Notes: generated by a model not told the origin, from the sequence alone. Numbered from the stretch's first letter, positions 29,209-40,365 are shown. The stretch is DNA of 64,000 nucleotides from Algoriphagus sp. (GCF_030694375.1 NZ_JAUXYL010000013.1:62366-126365), one strand, 5' to 3'. Translations and numbers: made by a program.

Positions 29209-29871
29209 ATGAACCCGACCCGAATTGTGCTTGCCGATGATCACGAACTCGTACGTGACGGAATCAAATCCCTTTTAGAAAATGAAGAAGATTTCAAAGT
29301 CGTAGCAGAAGCTTCTGACGGAAAAGAAGCCCTAAAAATAATCGCTCAAGAACAACCAGATATCCTGATTGTCGATATTCGAATGCCATTAATGAATGGG
29401 ATCGAAGTAGTCAAGTGTGTGACAAGGGATTTTCCAAAAGTCAAAAAGCTGGTCTTGTCCATGCACGACTCCGAGGAATATGTGGTGGAATCCATTGAAT
29501 CAGGAGCAGACGGTTACTTACTCAAGGGAAGCAACAAGGCAGAATTCCTCAAGGCTCTCCATACTATTGCGGCTGGGGGCAAGTATTTTTCAGGTGACAT
29601 CTCAGAGATTATTATAGACAACTTTGTCAATGGAAAATCCAAAACTTCCAAGAAGCCACTAAGTACACCTGAGGAAATCTCCTTTCTCACCAATCGGGAA
29701 AAGCAAATCCTCGAATTGATCCTCGACGGAAAAGGGAATAGCGAAATCGCTGAAGCTCTAAAAATAAGCAAGCGGACTGCCGAAGTACATCGCTTTAATC
29801 TGATGAAAAAACTGAATGTCAAAAATCTAATCGAACTGACTCAAAAATCCAAAGAATTGAACTTGATCTAA
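29209..29871 (+). CDS. NarL/LuxR family response regulator
   Basis: IVLADDHELVRDG, IVDIRMP and GYLLK receiver motifs; LTNREKQILELI...IAEALKISKRTAEVHRFNLMKKL HTH. Start placed at ATG 29209. Confidence 0.93.
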   Translation: MNPTRIVLADDHELVRDGIKSLLENEEDFKVVAEASDGKEALKIIAQEQPDILIVDIRMPLMNGIEVVKCVTRDFPKVKKLVLSMHDSEEYVVESIESGADGYLLKGSNKAEFLKALHTIAAGGKYFSGDISEIIIDNFVNGKSKTSKKPLSTPEEISFLTNREKQILELILDGKGNSEIAEALKISKRTAEVHRFNLMKKLNVKNLIELTQKSKELNLI

Positions 29872-29972
29872 GAATCATCTAAGTATTATATTTTTAAAAA
29901 CCCATTTTTTATGGCTTAGAATAAATTTTTCAATTTTAATCACTTATTTTTTTACGTATTAATTGTTTGATA

Positions 29973-29988
29973 TAAGTATTTTTACTTA
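29973..29988. promoter_or_regulatory. Nitrate-cluster palindrome TAAGTA-N4-TACTTA upstream of narK
   Basis: Perfect 6-4-6 inverted repeat, with extra half-sites at 29953 and 30008. Confidence 0.72.
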
Positions 29989-30015
29989 CTTTTATTTTAA
30001 ATAAAAGTAAGTACT

Positions 30016-31440
30016 ATGAAGAATCAAGCTACACTTAAAGCCACACGCTTAAATCTGGGAGATTTTAACAGTGTGCCGATCCGGACATTCTGGATCACCT
30101 CCTTCGCGTTTTTCATTTGTTTCTTTGCCTGGTTTGGCATAATCCCCTTCATGCCTGATGTGGTCAAAGATCTCGGTCTTACTCCCGAGCAAAAGTGGAA
30201 TTCAGTTGTATTGGCTGTTGCGGGGACTATTTTTTCCCGCTTACTTATCGGGAAACTGTGCGACAAATATGGCCCAAGGCTATGCTACACCTGGCTGTTG
30301 ATTTTGGGCTCCATTCCGGTGGTTATGAGCGGATTGGTCACGTCTCCGATGCAGTTTTACATCTGCCGGCTTCTTACAGGTTTTATAGGAGCTTCTTTTG
30401 TGATCACACAGGTTCATACTTCGCTGATGTTTGCTCCAAATGTGGTCGGCACAGCCAATGCAACCTCTGCCGGCTGGGGGAATCTGGGCGGAGGTGCCAA
30501 TAGATTGGGCATGCCACTGCTGGCTGCGCTGGTAATTGCATTTGGAATTGCCGAGGCTGATGCCTGGAGGTATTCGATGGTAATTATCGGGATCGTTTGC
30601 TTTTTGACAGGTCTCCTTTATTATTTTTTCACCAAAGACACGCCTTCAGGAAATTACTCTGATTTAATCGCAAGAGGTGAAAAGATTCCAAAAGGAAAAA
30701 AAGACAGTGTAGGTTTTTTTGAGGCTGCCAAAGATTACCGTGTTTGGGTTTTGTTTATGGTATATGCGGCCTGTTTCGGCATCGAACTGACCGTCTACGG
30801 CACCATGGATGATTACCTTCAAAACACCTTTGGCTTAAATCGAATCTCAGCAGGTAACCTTGTATTGTCTTTTGCCCTGATGAATATTTTTGCCAGAACA
30901 TTGGGAGGATGGTTTGGTGATAGATTCGGTAAGACCAACGGACTCAAAGGAAGAGTATGGTTTCTTGCTGCCATCATCGTGGCGGAGGGGCTGATGCTGG
31001 GATTATTTTCAATGGCTACAAGTTTGATTTTGGGAATTGCGCTATTGATTGGGTTCAGCCTAACCGTGCAAATGGCAGAAGGCGCTACGTTTTCCGTGGT
31101 TCCTTTTATTAACAAAAAGGCCATTGGATCCATCTCGGGCATTGTCGGAGCTGGAGGGAATTTCGGGGCATTTTTGACCGCTCTTTTTCTTAGATACCGA
31201 TCCGCCGAAGCGGAGAAGCTGGCTCTCCAGGCAAATGAACTCTTGGGTGAGGAAGCCGCAAAAGTAGCTCAGGCAGCAGCAGCAGCTTCAGCAGTTTCTG
31301 GAGGCTACCTGCTGATCGGTGCGATGATAGTTGTTTCCGGAATAATTACCTTAATCATACGATTCAGCCTGGAGGATGAAAAAGTCGCCAAAACAGAATT
31401 GGAACAACTTACTCCTGAATTAATCCGGATTGAGGATTAA
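30016..31440 (+). CDS. narK: NarK/NrtP family nitrate/nitrite MFS transporter
   Basis: FFICFFAWFG, SRLLIGKLCDKYGPR, GTANATSAGWGNLGGG (nitrate signature) and ARTLGGWFGD. Confidence 0.93.
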   Translation: MKNQATLKATRLNLGDFNSVPIRTFWITSFAFFICFFAWFGIIPFMPDVVKDLGLTPEQKWNSVVLAVAGTIFSRLLIGKLCDKYGPRLCYTWLLILGSIPVVMSGLVTSPMQFYICRLLTGFIGASFVITQVHTSLMFAPNVVGTANATSAGWGNLGGGANRLGMPLLAALVIAFGIAEADAWRYSMVIIGIVCFLTGLLYYFFTKDTPSGNYSDLIARGEKIPKGKKDSVGFFEAAKDYRVWVLFMVYAACFGIELTVYGTMDDYLQNTFGLNRISAGNLVLSFALMNIFARTLGGWFGDRFGKTNGLKGRVWFLAAIIVAEGLMLGLFSMATSLILGIALLIGFSLTVQMAEGATFSVVPFINKKAIGSISGIVGAGGNFGAFLTALFLRYRSAEAEKLALQANELLGEEAAKVAQAAAAASAVSGGYLLIGAMIVVSGIITLIIRFSLEDEKVAKTELEQLTPELIRIED

Positions 31441-31535
31441 ATTGTGTCATTGAATAATACAATACCACTTTCTCTGGAAGCATATCTGCTGGAGGAAGTG
31501 GCTTGAATTTCCTCATCCGGTCAACATTCTTTGCT

Positions 31536-34500
31536 GTGAATTCCCAAAAAAAAATAAAAACTACTTGCTCTTACTGTGGGGTGGGCTGCGGAATCATCGC
31601 CGGAGTAAACTCGCAGGACAAGGTTACAGTGGAAGGCGACCCGGATCATCCGGTCAATTCCGGAATGCTCTGCTCCAAAGGGATGAATCTCCACTACGTG
31701 GCCAACGATATTTCGGATCGGATTCTGTATCCTGAAATGCGCTGGGGTCGTTCTCATCCACGGGAACGAGTCACCTGGGATGAAGCCCTTGACAGGGCTG
31801 CGGCAGTGTTTAAATCCCTCATCCGAAAATACGGGCCCAACAGCGTCGGTTTTTACATTTCCGGCCAATGCTTGACTGAGGAATATTACATCGCCAACAA
31901 GCTGACCAAGGGCTTTTTGGGAACGAATAACATCGACACTAATTCCCGGCTATGCATGAGCTCGGCGGTAGTAGCATACAAAAAGACTTTTGGAGAAGAT
32001 TCTGTTCCGATTTCGTATGAGGACATTGAGCTGGCTGATGTGTTTTTGATTGCTGGGGCTAATCCTGCCTGGAATCACCCTATCCTATTCCGAAGGTTAG
32101 AAAAACACAAGGAAAAGAATCCCAATGTCAAAGTCATTGTAGTCGATCCCAGAAAAACGGACTCAGCCAATTTTGCAGATATCCACCTTCAGCTCATCCC
32201 CGGCACGGATATCATTCTCTACAATGCCATCGGACGAAGACTGATCGAGACGGGATTGATTGATGCTGATTTTGTAAAAAATCACACCGAAAACTTCCAA
32301 AATTACCGCAAGCAGGTAATGGAAACCTCCCTGAAAGAGTCTGCCAAACTCTGCGGAATAAGTGTGGAAGAAATCAAAGAAGTGGCTGACTTGATTGGTA
32401 CATCCAATGGATTTATCAGTATGTGGGCCATGGGACTGAATCAAAGTTCAATAGGAACGGACAAGAACTTCTCCCTGCTCAACCTTTCACTTGTGACAGG
32501 AAGGGTCGGTAAACCCGGTAATGGACCTTTCTCTCTTACCGGTCAACCCAATGCCATGGGCGGTAGGGAGGTTGGTGGCATGGCCAATCTTCTTGCAGTC
32601 CACAAAGACCTCCAAAACCCGCAAGATCGACAGGATGTGGCGGACTTTTGGGGAGTTGATCAGATCTCCCCTACTCCTGGGTATACGGCAACTGAAATGT
32701 TTGATGCCTTGGCAAGCGGGGAAATGAAAGCAGTTTGGATCATATGTACCAATCCCATGGTTAGCCTTCCCAACCTGAATAGTGTGGAGAAAGCGCTGGC
32801 CAACGCCAAATTTGTGGTGGTTCAGGACATCTCGCACCGATCGGATACAGTTGCTTATGCAGATTTGGTTTTGCCTGCTGCCACTTGGTTGGAAAAAGAA
32901 GGCACCATGACCAATTCTGAGCGACGGATCTCCTACCTGCCAAAGGGAATCAATCCTCCCGGTGAAGCCCGACCTGATGTAGAGATCCTTTGCGATTTTG
33001 CCAAGCGGATGGGCTTCAGAGGATTTAACTTCACCAATGCCGAAGAAATCTACGAGGAGTATTGTGCCATGACTAAAGGGACAAATATTGATATTTCTTT
33101 CCTCAATTATGACCGCTTAAAATCCGAGGGTAGCCTTCAGTGGCCTGTTCCTGAATACCGTCATCCGGGCACAACCAGACTTTTTGCAGACAAAAAATTC
33201 TATACCCCAAGCCAAAAGGCCATTTTCAACATTCCGGCTCAGATCGAAAATAGTTCTGAGAAAATCAGCCAAGAATTCCCTTTCATTTTGACCACAGGGA
33301 GAATTAGGGATCAGTGGCATACCATGACCAAAACAGGCAAGGTGGCCCGACTCCGGACTCACTATTCCCATCCTGTGTTGGAAATCAGTTCGCTGGATGG
33401 CTACATCTACAAGGTCAAGGACGGGGATGTGGTGGAGGTGAAAAGTAAAAACGGGGTAGTCAGAGTTCGGGCGAAACTTTCCAAATCCATCCGGAATGGT
33501 GTGGTCTTTCTGCCCATGCACTGGGGAAAACAACTGGAAAACGACCTCAATCGGGCGAATAACCTGACCTATACCCGGGTGGATCCGCAATCCAAAGAAC
33601 CTGATTTCAAATACACCACCGTTTCGGTCACCAAATACCAGAAGCCAAAAGAAAAAATCATTGTTATTGGAGCCGGAGCAGCATCCTTCCGGTTTATCCA
33701 AAATTTCAGGGAACACAACGAATCCGACTCCATCCATGTCTTCTCCAAGGAACCGCATCCTTTTTACAACCGAGTATTGCTTCCTGAGTATGTGACTGAA
33801 GAACTCACTTGGGAGCAGCTTCAAAAAATCAAAGAGACAGGGCTTGCAAAACTTAAAATCAACCTGCAAACCGGCCTTTCAATAGAAAAAATAGACCCTG
33901 AACGTCAGATGGTATGGGATTCTCAAGGGAATGCCCATGCCTATGACAAATTGATTTTGGCGACAGGGAGCCGGGCTTTTATCCCAAAAGATGCCCAACT
34001 GGACCTCCCAGGACGCTTCACCATGCGCAGCCGCGAAGACGCAGACAAATTCAAAAACTATCTGGATTCCACAAAATTACCCGCTGAGGATCAGCACGTA
34101 GTCATTGTTGGTGGTGGGCTTTTGGGACTCGAATTGGCAGCGGCCCTTCAGCATACGAATGTAAAAGTCACCATTGTCCAACGAGCATCCCGCCTGATGG
34201 AACGTCAATTGGATTTGGTTTCAAGTAAACTGCTTTCCCTGGATGTTCAAGAACGAGGCATTCATATTTATTTCGACAATGAGGTCAGTACAGTTTTTGA
34301 CGATGAAAATTCAAAAATCCTGAACATTACCCTAAAAAGTGGTAAAACCATTCAAGCCAATGCCATTGTCTATGCCATCGGCACACAGCCCAACATCAAA
34401 ATTGCCAGAGAAAACGGCATCAATTGCGGACGGGGAATCAAGGTAAACAAGCATCTACAGACTAATTTTCCCAACATTTTCGCCATCGGCGAGATTGCGG

Positions 34501-35060
34501 AGTTTGAAAACCAACTGTTTGGAATCACCTCAGCTGCCGAGGAGCAGGCAGCCATTCTTTCCAATTTCATCCTTGGCGACATCAGCAGTACTTACAGCGG
34601 ATCTGTACTGATGAATATTCTGAAATTTAAAGATTTGGAGCTATGCAGTATCGGTGAAATCATCATCCCTGAAAACGAGGAAGGCTATGAGGAGATAGTA
34701 TTTACCGATCTGAGCAGGAGGTATTACAAGAAATGCATCGTCAAAGATGATTTGTTGATCGGGGCGGTTTTGATGGGAGACAAAAGTGAATTTGCCGAAT
34801 TCAAGAGCCTGATTGAGAATAAAATCGAGCTTTCTGAAAAGCGAAAATCACTACTGATGGGATCATCGGAAACCCGATCTATACTGGGAAAACTGGTTTG
34901 CAGTTGCAGCCGGGTGGGTGAAGGGAATATCTTGGAAGCGATTGCTGGTGGATGCACGGATTTCTCAACCCTCTGCACCCAAACTGGCGCGGGTCTCGGT
35001 TGTGGAAGTTGCAAAACTGAAGTGCGAGAAATATTAAACCAATCAAAGGTTAAGGCATGA
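31536..35060 (+). CDS. nasA: Assimilatory nitrate reductase (Mo-bisPGD) fused to an FAD/NADH oxidoreductase domain and a BFD-like [2Fe-2S] domain
   Basis: [11 protein letters not shown]...[39 protein letters not shown]. Then [20 protein letters not shown] and terminal CSCSRV...GLGCGSC. Start uncertain (GTG 31536 or TTG 31503). Confidence 0.93.
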   Translation: MNSQKKIKTTCSYCGVGCGIIAGVNSQDKVTVEGDPDHPVNSGMLCSKGMNLHYVANDISDRILYPEMRWGRSHPRERVTWDEALDRAAAVFKSLIRKYGPNSVGFYISGQCLTEEYYIANKLTKGFLGTNNIDTNSRLCMSSAVVAYKKTFGEDSVPISYEDIELADVFLIAGANPAWNHPILFRRLEKHKEKNPNVKVIVVDPRKTDSANFADIHLQLIPGTDIILYNAIGRRLIETGLIDADFVKNHTENFQNYRKQVMETSLKESAKLCGISVEEIKEVADLIGTSNGFISMWAMGLNQSSIGTDKNFSLLNLSLVTGRVGKPGNGPFSLTGQPNAMGGREVGGMANLLAVHKDLQNPQDRQDVADFWGVDQISPTPGYTATEMFDALASGEMKAVWIICTNPMVSLPNLNSVEKALANAKFVVVQDISHRSDTVAYADLVLPAATWLEKEGTMTNSERRISYLPKGINPPGEARPDVEILCDFAKRMGFRGFNFTNAEEIYEEYCAMTKGTNIDISFLNYDRLKSEGSLQWPVPEYRHPGTTRLFADKKFYTPSQKAIFNIPAQIENSSEKISQEFPFILTTGRIRDQWHTMTKTGKVARLRTHYSHPVLEISSLDGYIYKVKDGDVVEVKSKNGVVRVRAKLSKSIRNGVVFLPMHWGKQLENDLNRANNLTYTRVDPQSKEPDFKYTTVSVTKYQKPKEKIIVIGAGAASFRFIQNFREHNESDSIHVFSKEPHPFYNRVLLPEYVTEELTWEQLQKIKETGLAKLKINLQTGLSIEKIDPERQMVWDSQGNAHAYDKLILATGSRAFIPKDAQLDLPGRFTMRSREDADKFKNYLDSTKLPAEDQHVVIVGGGLLGLELAAALQHTNVKVTIVQRASRLMERQLDLVSSKLLSLDVQERGIHIYFDNEVSTVFDDENSKILNITLKSGKTIQANAIVYAIGTQPNIKIARENGINCGRGIKVNKHLQTNFPNIFAIGEIAEFENQLFGITSAAEEQAAILSNFILGDISSTYSGSVLMNILKFKDLELCSIGEIIIPENEEGYEEIVFTDLSRRYYKKCIVKDDLLIGAVLMGDKSEFAEFKSLIENKIELSEKRKSLLMGSSETRSILGKLVCSCSRVGEGNILEAIAGGCTDFSTLCTQTGAGLGCGSCKTEVREILNQSKVKA

Positions 35061-36499
35061 AGAGTACATTCACCCGGGTAGTCGTCAAAGGCGGAGTACT
35101 TTCTCCAGCTGAACTCAAGCAAATTCTGGAAATCGCAGAAAGTGCCGGACTGGACACGATATCGTTTGGATCTCGGCAAGACATCTTGTTTATAAAAGAA
35201 GAAGGTGATTTTTCCATTGAGCCCCATGGTAAATTTCAGATCATTTCCCCAGAGGTAGAAGGCGCAGAAAATATTGTTTCATCTTATGTTTCCTCGGACA
35301 TTTTCCCTAATACCCCTTGGCTGACCAGTGATCGCTACCTGTACATCTTGGAGCAATTCCGAATTCTGCCTATCCTTAAAATCAACATCACAGACCCCAA
35401 ACAACGCCTTGTTCCTCTATTCACCGGACACCTGAATTTCATCGCCTCCGAGCATGAAGATTATTGGTACTTATTTGTCAGACTTCCTGAATGGGAAAGC
35501 AATCGGATGTACCCGGCACTGATTTACAGTTGGGATTTGGCAAAAGTTGCAGCAGCAATCGAGGACATTTTGCAGGAAGAGCCGGAGACGGTGGACTTCC
35601 TTTTTGAGCTGGTCAATGATGCGCTAGACCTCAACAGTCGCACAGTGGACAAGCTACTGGAGGTCCCCTTCTACCCTTTCCCTTACTATGAAGGGATCAA
35701 TCGAGTGGGTTCAGACAGCTATTGGCTGGGATTATATTGGAGAAATAATAGATACTACATCGAATTTCTAAAGGCACTCTGTGACCTGTGTTCAGAATGT
35801 CGGATTGGAAAAATCTCTATCACCCCCTGGAAATCCCTTATCATCAAAGGAATTGCCGAGCAATACAAGTTGGAATGGGAAAAGCTACTGGGAAAATACG
35901 GAATCAATGTCCGCCACTCTATGCTGGAGTTAAACTGGCACTTACCTGTCAGTAACAAGTCGGCATTAAAACTGAAAAAATACCTCGTTTCCTACTTCGA
36001 CAAGCATGACATCAGTACCTATGGATTGACTTTTGGAATTACGGATTACACCAGAAAAGCCTATTATTTCACTTCGATAATTATTGAAAAAAACGAACCT
36101 CCAATTCAGTTGGAAAGTGTGAAAATCCGAAGTACCTACAATCTCTTGTTTGCCAAAAACTTCGACCCCAATACGCAGGAATATTTGGTTTACGTGCAAG
36201 AAGTGGATAAAACGGATCTGCCGGAATTACTCATTGAATTGAGTAAAATTTATTTTGAACAGTTGGGACAGGAAAATAAGAAGCCTGAAAAACCCAACAA
36301 CCCAAAAGACCCTACCAGTCGGGAGGTGTATCAATGTCAGGAATGCCTGACGGTCTATGATTCTGAGTTTGGAGATTTGAGCCAGGGAATTATTCCGGAG
36401 ACTCCTTTCAGAAACCTTTCGGAAACCTACCACTGCCCGCTTTGCGAAGCACCAAAAAGCAGCTTTTTGAAAAAGAAATTTCTCAGACGGGAGGAATAA
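35057..36499 (+). CDS. Rubredoxin-domain protein with nitrite/sulfite-reductase ferredoxin-like N-terminus
   Basis: N-terminal [14 protein letters not shown]...ISFGSRQDI; C-terminal rubredoxin [11 protein letters not shown]...[14 protein letters not shown] overlap with the nasA stop. Confidence 0.82.
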   Translation: MKSTFTRVVVKGGVLSPAELKQILEIAESAGLDTISFGSRQDILFIKEEGDFSIEPHGKFQIISPEVEGAENIVSSYVSSDIFPNTPWLTSDRYLYILEQFRILPILKINITDPKQRLVPLFTGHLNFIASEHEDYWYLFVRLPEWESNRMYPALIYSWDLAKVAAAIEDILQEEPETVDFLFELVNDALDLNSRTVDKLLEVPFYPFPYYEGINRVGSDSYWLGLYWRNNRYYIEFLKALCDLCSECRIGKISITPWKSLIIKGIAEQYKLEWEKLLGKYGINVRHSMLELNWHLPVSNKSALKLKKYLVSYFDKHDISTYGLTFGITDYTRKAYYFTSIIIEKNEPPIQLESVKIRSTYNLLFAKNFDPNTQEYLVYVQEVDKTDLPELLIELSKIYFEQLGQENKKPEKPNNPKDPTSREVYQCQECLTVYDSEFGDLSQGIIPETPFRNLSETYHCPLCEAPKSSFLKKKFLRREE

Positions 36500-36536
36500 T
36501 ATTATACGTATTTTTTTAAGTATTTTTTAAAATATA

Positions 36537-36552
36537 TAAGTATTTTTACTTA
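36537..36552. promoter_or_regulatory. Nitrate-cluster palindrome TAAGTA-N4-TACTTA upstream of the porin gene
   Basis: Perfect repeat, with extra half-sites at 36505 and 36517. Confidence 0.72.
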
Positions 36553-36578
36553 TTTTTATTCAACCTATTTTACCTTTT

Positions 36579-37856
36579 ATGAAAAAACTATTCTACACCC
36601 TAGCACTTGGGATCATTCTGATTTCCAATTCCCAAGCACAATCAGTTTCCTTAGACGCTGATATGCGCCCCAGATTTGAATACCGTCATGGTTTTGGTAG
36701 CCTCCTACCTGAAGGAGGTAAACCAGCAGCTTTTGTCACGCAGCGATCCCGGCTCAATTTCTCCTTCCAAGACAGTAAACTGAAAGTATATTTCAGTGTA
36801 CAGGATGTAAGCACATGGGGTGACACCCGTCAACTTGCCATCAGCGATGAAAATAATTCTTTAGGACTTTTCCAGGCTTGGTTGAGCTATGCTTTTACAG
36901 AAAATTGGTCCATGAAACTCGGCAGACAGACGTTATCGTACGACGATCAGCGAATATTGGGGGAAGTGGATTGGGTGATGCAGGGTAGATTTCATGATGC
37001 TGCGATGTTTACTTTTTCCAAAAATGGCTTCAAAACTGATTTAGCTTTAGCATTCAATCAGGAAAACCAGAAAAACCAGGGATCTGCTTACACCATTAAT
37101 GGATTCTATTCCTATAAAGTAATGCAGCTACTCCATGCCAATAAGTCATGGAATAAAGCATCGGTAAGTTTTCTTTTTATGAACAATGGTTTTCAAAGGT
37201 TCACACAAGAGGAAACATCACTTCCTGATGGTGTTTATTATCGGCAAACTACCGGAACCTATTTCACTTTCCCCTTGGCAGCAATCACCCTGACCGGTTC
37301 GGCTTACTTTCAAACAGGGAAATCCACACCAAACACAGATTTATTCGCTTACCAATACATGCTTGAAGCCAAATACAAGCCTGGAAAAGTGGCCTTAGGA
37401 TTAGGCTACGAGGCACTTAGCGGCTCAGACCAGATCTTGGAATCCAAGTCCAACTCCTTCTTTCCGTTGTATGGCACAAACCATAAATTCAATGGCTTAA
37501 TGGATCTTTTCTATGTAGGAAATCATGCGAATAGTGTTGGGCTGAATGACTTTTATGCCAATATCCTGATCCCAAGCGGGGAGAATTCAACTATTGCAGC
37601 TCATCTGCACTTTTTCACCTCAAATGCTCAATTAAAGGACAATCAAAATGGATATCTAGGTTCTGAACTGGATTTGGTTTACTCCAGAACTTTAGCAAAA
37701 AACATCAAACTAAACGCTGGCTACTCCCAATTTTTTGAGACTGAAAGCATGGCAAGTGTCAAAGGTGGAATTCAGCCTGCAAAAACTCAAAACTGGGCTT
37801 GGATTCAGCTGATTGTGACTCCAAATCTGTTCAAGCACATCTGGAAAGAGGAATAA
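36579..37856 (+). CDS. Alginate-export-family outer-membrane porin (putative nitrate/nitrite channel)
   Basis: Signal peptide, RPRFEYRHG, KLGRQTLSYDDQRILG, FHDA and YGTNHKFNGLMD motifs. Confidence 0.85.
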   Translation: MKKLFYTLALGIILISNSQAQSVSLDADMRPRFEYRHGFGSLLPEGGKPAAFVTQRSRLNFSFQDSKLKVYFSVQDVSTWGDTRQLAISDENNSLGLFQAWLSYAFTENWSMKLGRQTLSYDDQRILGEVDWVMQGRFHDAAMFTFSKNGFKTDLALAFNQENQKNQGSAYTINGFYSYKVMQLLHANKSWNKASVSFLFMNNGFQRFTQEETSLPDGVYYRQTTGTYFTFPLAAITLTGSAYFQTGKSTPNTDLFAYQYMLEAKYKPGKVALGLGYEALSGSDQILESKSNSFFPLYGTNHKFNGLMDLFYVGNHANSVGLNDFYANILIPSGENSTIAAHLHFFTSNAQLKDNQNGYLGSELDLVYSRTLAKNIKLNAGYSQFFETESMASVKGGIQPAKTQNWAWIQLIVTPNLFKHIWKEE

Positions 37857-37888
37857 AACCTCTTTCCTTCCAAAAATCACTTGAGGTA

Positions 37889-38788
37889 TTATTCATTGGG
37901 AACTTTCATGCTTTTGATTACATGAAGTATGGCAGGGAAAATAGCCTCTACTGATTCCTTGGCTCCCCTTGTCGATCCTGGTAAAGCCATTACAAGGCAA
38001 TCTCCGATCATACCAGCTAAACTTCTTGAAAACATGGCATATGGCGTCCTGATTTGCCCATAGCTACGCATCGCTTCTTCAATTCCAGGAATTCTCCTTT
38101 CGAGCAATGACTCCAAAGCCTCGGGAGTGATATCAGTTTTTGAAAGTCCGCTTCCACCGCAGAATATCACCAGCTGATTTAGGGCGGATAGACTTTTTGC
38201 TTTTTCCCGGATCTGCTGCAAATCATCCGGGATAATCTCGTAGGAGTTTGGATGAATGTTTTGAGCCTTCAGAATTGATAAAATTTCCTGCCCGGCCGAA
38301 TCCGGTTTGAAGCCATTATAAATCGCATTAGAGCATACTACAAGAGCTGTAGTGATTGCTTTTTGATTTCCGACATTCGAAATCTTTTGAGTCCTTTCTT
38401 CGGATTGAATTTTCAGGATGCTGATCCCTTTATCGATCGGTTTAAGCATATCATATATGGTCAAAGCCACTATTGTGGCTCCATGGAGAGCTTCCATTTC
38501 AAGATCTGACTTGCATACGGATTTTACTTTGACCAGGATATGAATTTCCAAATCTTGAATCTGATACTCAATTCCGGTGAATTCGATGGGTTTGGGATGC
38601 GAATTAGGAAGAATTTGAGCTGTGCTTTTTACTGCAAAAAGTCCGGCTACTTTGGCCATTTCGAAGACGTTTCCTTTTGGAACTCGATTTTCAACCACCG
38701 CTGAAATCGTCTCGGGATTGCTGACTTGAACGATCGCTTTTGCTGATGCCTCCTTAAGAGAGAAAAGGTTTGGAGTGATATCTACCAT
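37889..38788 (-). CDS. moaC: Bifunctional molybdenum cofactor biosynthesis protein MoaC-MoaB/MogA
   Basis: MVDIT, HP.PIE, EMEAL and YDMLKPID (MoaC); IIPDD, GGSG...DITPEA, SRSLAG and ALPGS (MoaB/MogA). Confidence 0.88.
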   Translation of the reverse strand: MVDITPNLFSLKEASAKAIVQVSNPETISAVVENRVPKGNVFEMAKVAGLFAVKSTAQILPNSHPKPIEFTGIEYQIQDLEIHILVKVKSVCKSDLEMEALHGATIVALTIYDMLKPIDKGISILKIQSEERTQKISNVGNQKAITTALVVCSNAIYNGFKPDSAGQEILSILKAQNIHPNSYEIIPDDLQQIREKAKSLSALNQLVIFCGGSGLSKTDITPEALESLLERRIPGIEEAMRSYGQIRTPYAMFSRSLAGMIGDCLVMALPGSTRGAKESVEAIFPAILHVIKSMKVPNE

Positions 38789-38814
38789 TGAACAAAAATT
38801 GTCTTTATACTCTT

Positions 38815-39621
38815 TTAAAATGGAAAAGCTCCAAGATTCTGGAAAATAAATTCATCCTCGCAAGCAAAAATCTCCTCCGTTATTTTTTTTACCCCGGCAA
38901 AATTCACCACCTCTCCGATTACCAAAACGGACGGACCTTTGATTGCTTCTTCTTCAGAAAGTTTAACGATCGACTTAATCGTGCCAATCACTTCTCGCTG
39001 ATCGTTTCGGGTACCATTCTGAATGATTGCTATGGGTAAATCTGATCTCCCTAAGTCCTTATAAATCTTGGTGATTTCCTCAATTTTCGACAATCCCATC
39101 AAGATTATTACTGTAGCTGAAGACTGAGCTGCCAGAGCTATATCGCCCGACAATTCATGCGAGCTGTTGGTGCCTGTTATCACCCAAAAGCTTTCGGAAA
39201 TCCCCCTAAAAGTAACCGGGATCCCAATCGAGGCAGGCACGGCAACACAGGATGAAATCCCTGGAATTACCGTTGTTTCAACTCCATGCTTTCCGGCAAA
39301 TACTTCCTCCTCTTTTCCCCTGCCAAACACAAAAGGGTCTCCCCCTTTTAGCCGAACTACAGAACCAAATTCATAGGCATAGGTGACGATCAATTGGTTG
39401 ATTTCGTCTTGAGTGAAAGAATGGGATCCTTTTCGCTTTCCAACCGAAACTTTGACCGCATTTTCGGCCAAGTCAAGTATATCCTCATTGACCAAGGCAT
39501 CGTAAAGCACTACTTCAGCTTGCTGCAAGGCTTTGACTGCCTTTAGCGTGAGCAATTCGGGATCCCCCGGCCCTGCTCCGATCAGCGTGAGATGAGGAGT
39601 TTTTTTTGGTGAGATTTTCAT
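38815..39621 (-). CDS. cobA: Uroporphyrinogen-III C-methyltransferase (siroheme synthesis)
   Basis: LIGAGPGDPELLTLKA, VLYDALV, VRLKGGDPFVFGRG and IPGISS. Confidence 0.94.
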   Translation of the reverse strand: MKISPKKTPHLTLIGAGPGDPELLTLKAVKALQQAEVVLYDALVNEDILDLAENAVKVSVGKRKGSHSFTQDEINQLIVTYAYEFGSVVRLKGGDPFVFGRGKEEEVFAGKHGVETTVIPGISSCVAVPASIGIPVTFRGISESFWVITGTNSSHELSGDIALAAQSSATVIILMGLSKIEEITKIYKDLGRSDLPIAIIQNGTRNDQREVIGTIKSIVKLSEEEAIKGPSVLVIGEVVNFAGVKKITEEIFACEDEFIFQNLGAFPF

Positions 39622-39632
39622 AGTAATCAGGT

Positions 39633-40199
39633 TTAAGATAGGCTGAGTAACTGGTCTTTGGTATTAATATTCTGAACCGATTGAATATGACTGGGGCTCA
39701 GCAAAATCCGCTGATGAGCTTGGCTTTCCACAAACTGTCGAAGTCTCAATTCATTTCTTAAAACTGAATTTTCGACAGCTTTTAAACATTTTTTGGGATA
39801 AACTCCAATCAATGGATAATCATTCGCTCCATCTGAGAGAAAGGTGATTTTGTCAGGATTTCTAGTGGAATATCGAAGCAAAAAGGCAAGAACATCGGTG
39901 CTGATTTTCGGGATATCACAACTTAGAATAAGTACTAAATCGGTGGAGGAATGTGTCAACGCTGAATAAATTCCTCCCAAGGGCCCCTTGCCTTCGATCC
40001 TATCAGAAATCATATCCAATTGGAATGATTCATAAGCTGGATTTTTGGTAACCAAAACAGGGCATAGAACCAAGGGATAAAGCGCTTCAAGAATCCATTG
40101 AACAAAGCTTTTTTCCTGAAATTGGACAAGTCCTTTTTCAGTTTTCATTCGGGAGCTTTTTCCTCCACAAAGAATATAGGCCGACAGATTTGGGTCCAT
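39633..40199 (-). CDS. mobA: Molybdenum cofactor guanylyltransferase
   Basis: ILCGGKSSRMKTEKG, GPLGGIYSAL, LSCDIP and NINT motifs. Confidence 0.9.
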   Translation of the reverse strand: MDPNLSAYILCGGKSSRMKTEKGLVQFQEKSFVQWILEALYPLVLCPVLVTKNPAYESFQLDMISDRIEGKGPLGGIYSALTHSSTDLVLILSCDIPKISTDVLAFLLRYSTRNPDKITFLSDGANDYPLIGVYPKKCLKAVENSVLRNELRLRQFVESQAHQRILLSPSHIQSVQNINTKDQLLSLS

Positions 40200-40234
40200 A
40201 GATTACTTAAATTGAGAATAAATATAAATATTAA

Positions 40235-40250
40235 TACGTATTTATACTTA
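40235..40250. promoter_or_regulatory. Nitrate-cluster palindrome TACGTA-N4-TACTTA upstream of mobA-cobA-moaC
   Basis: 6-4-6 motif with extra half-sites at 40204 and 40256. Confidence 0.7.
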
Positions 40251-40365
40251 TATTCTACGTATTTTTTCAAAAAATGAGAAAAAAAGCCATCTGACCAAAA
40301 TCGTCGGGTTTTGAAAAAAAAACATCTTTTTTCAAACCTCTGCTTTGAGCAAAGATTTTAATCCG

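Noticed and set aside
31546-31554. A9 run at the start of nasA as a phase-variation tract
   Set aside because: The frame is intact, and A runs of this length are common in this AT-rich sequence.
33117-33869. 250-aa minus-strand ORF and other long antisense ORFs inside nirB, the sensor kinase, nasA, DNase II and the PVC-type gene
   Set aside because: Fully nested antisense to well-supported genes, with no recognisable motifs.
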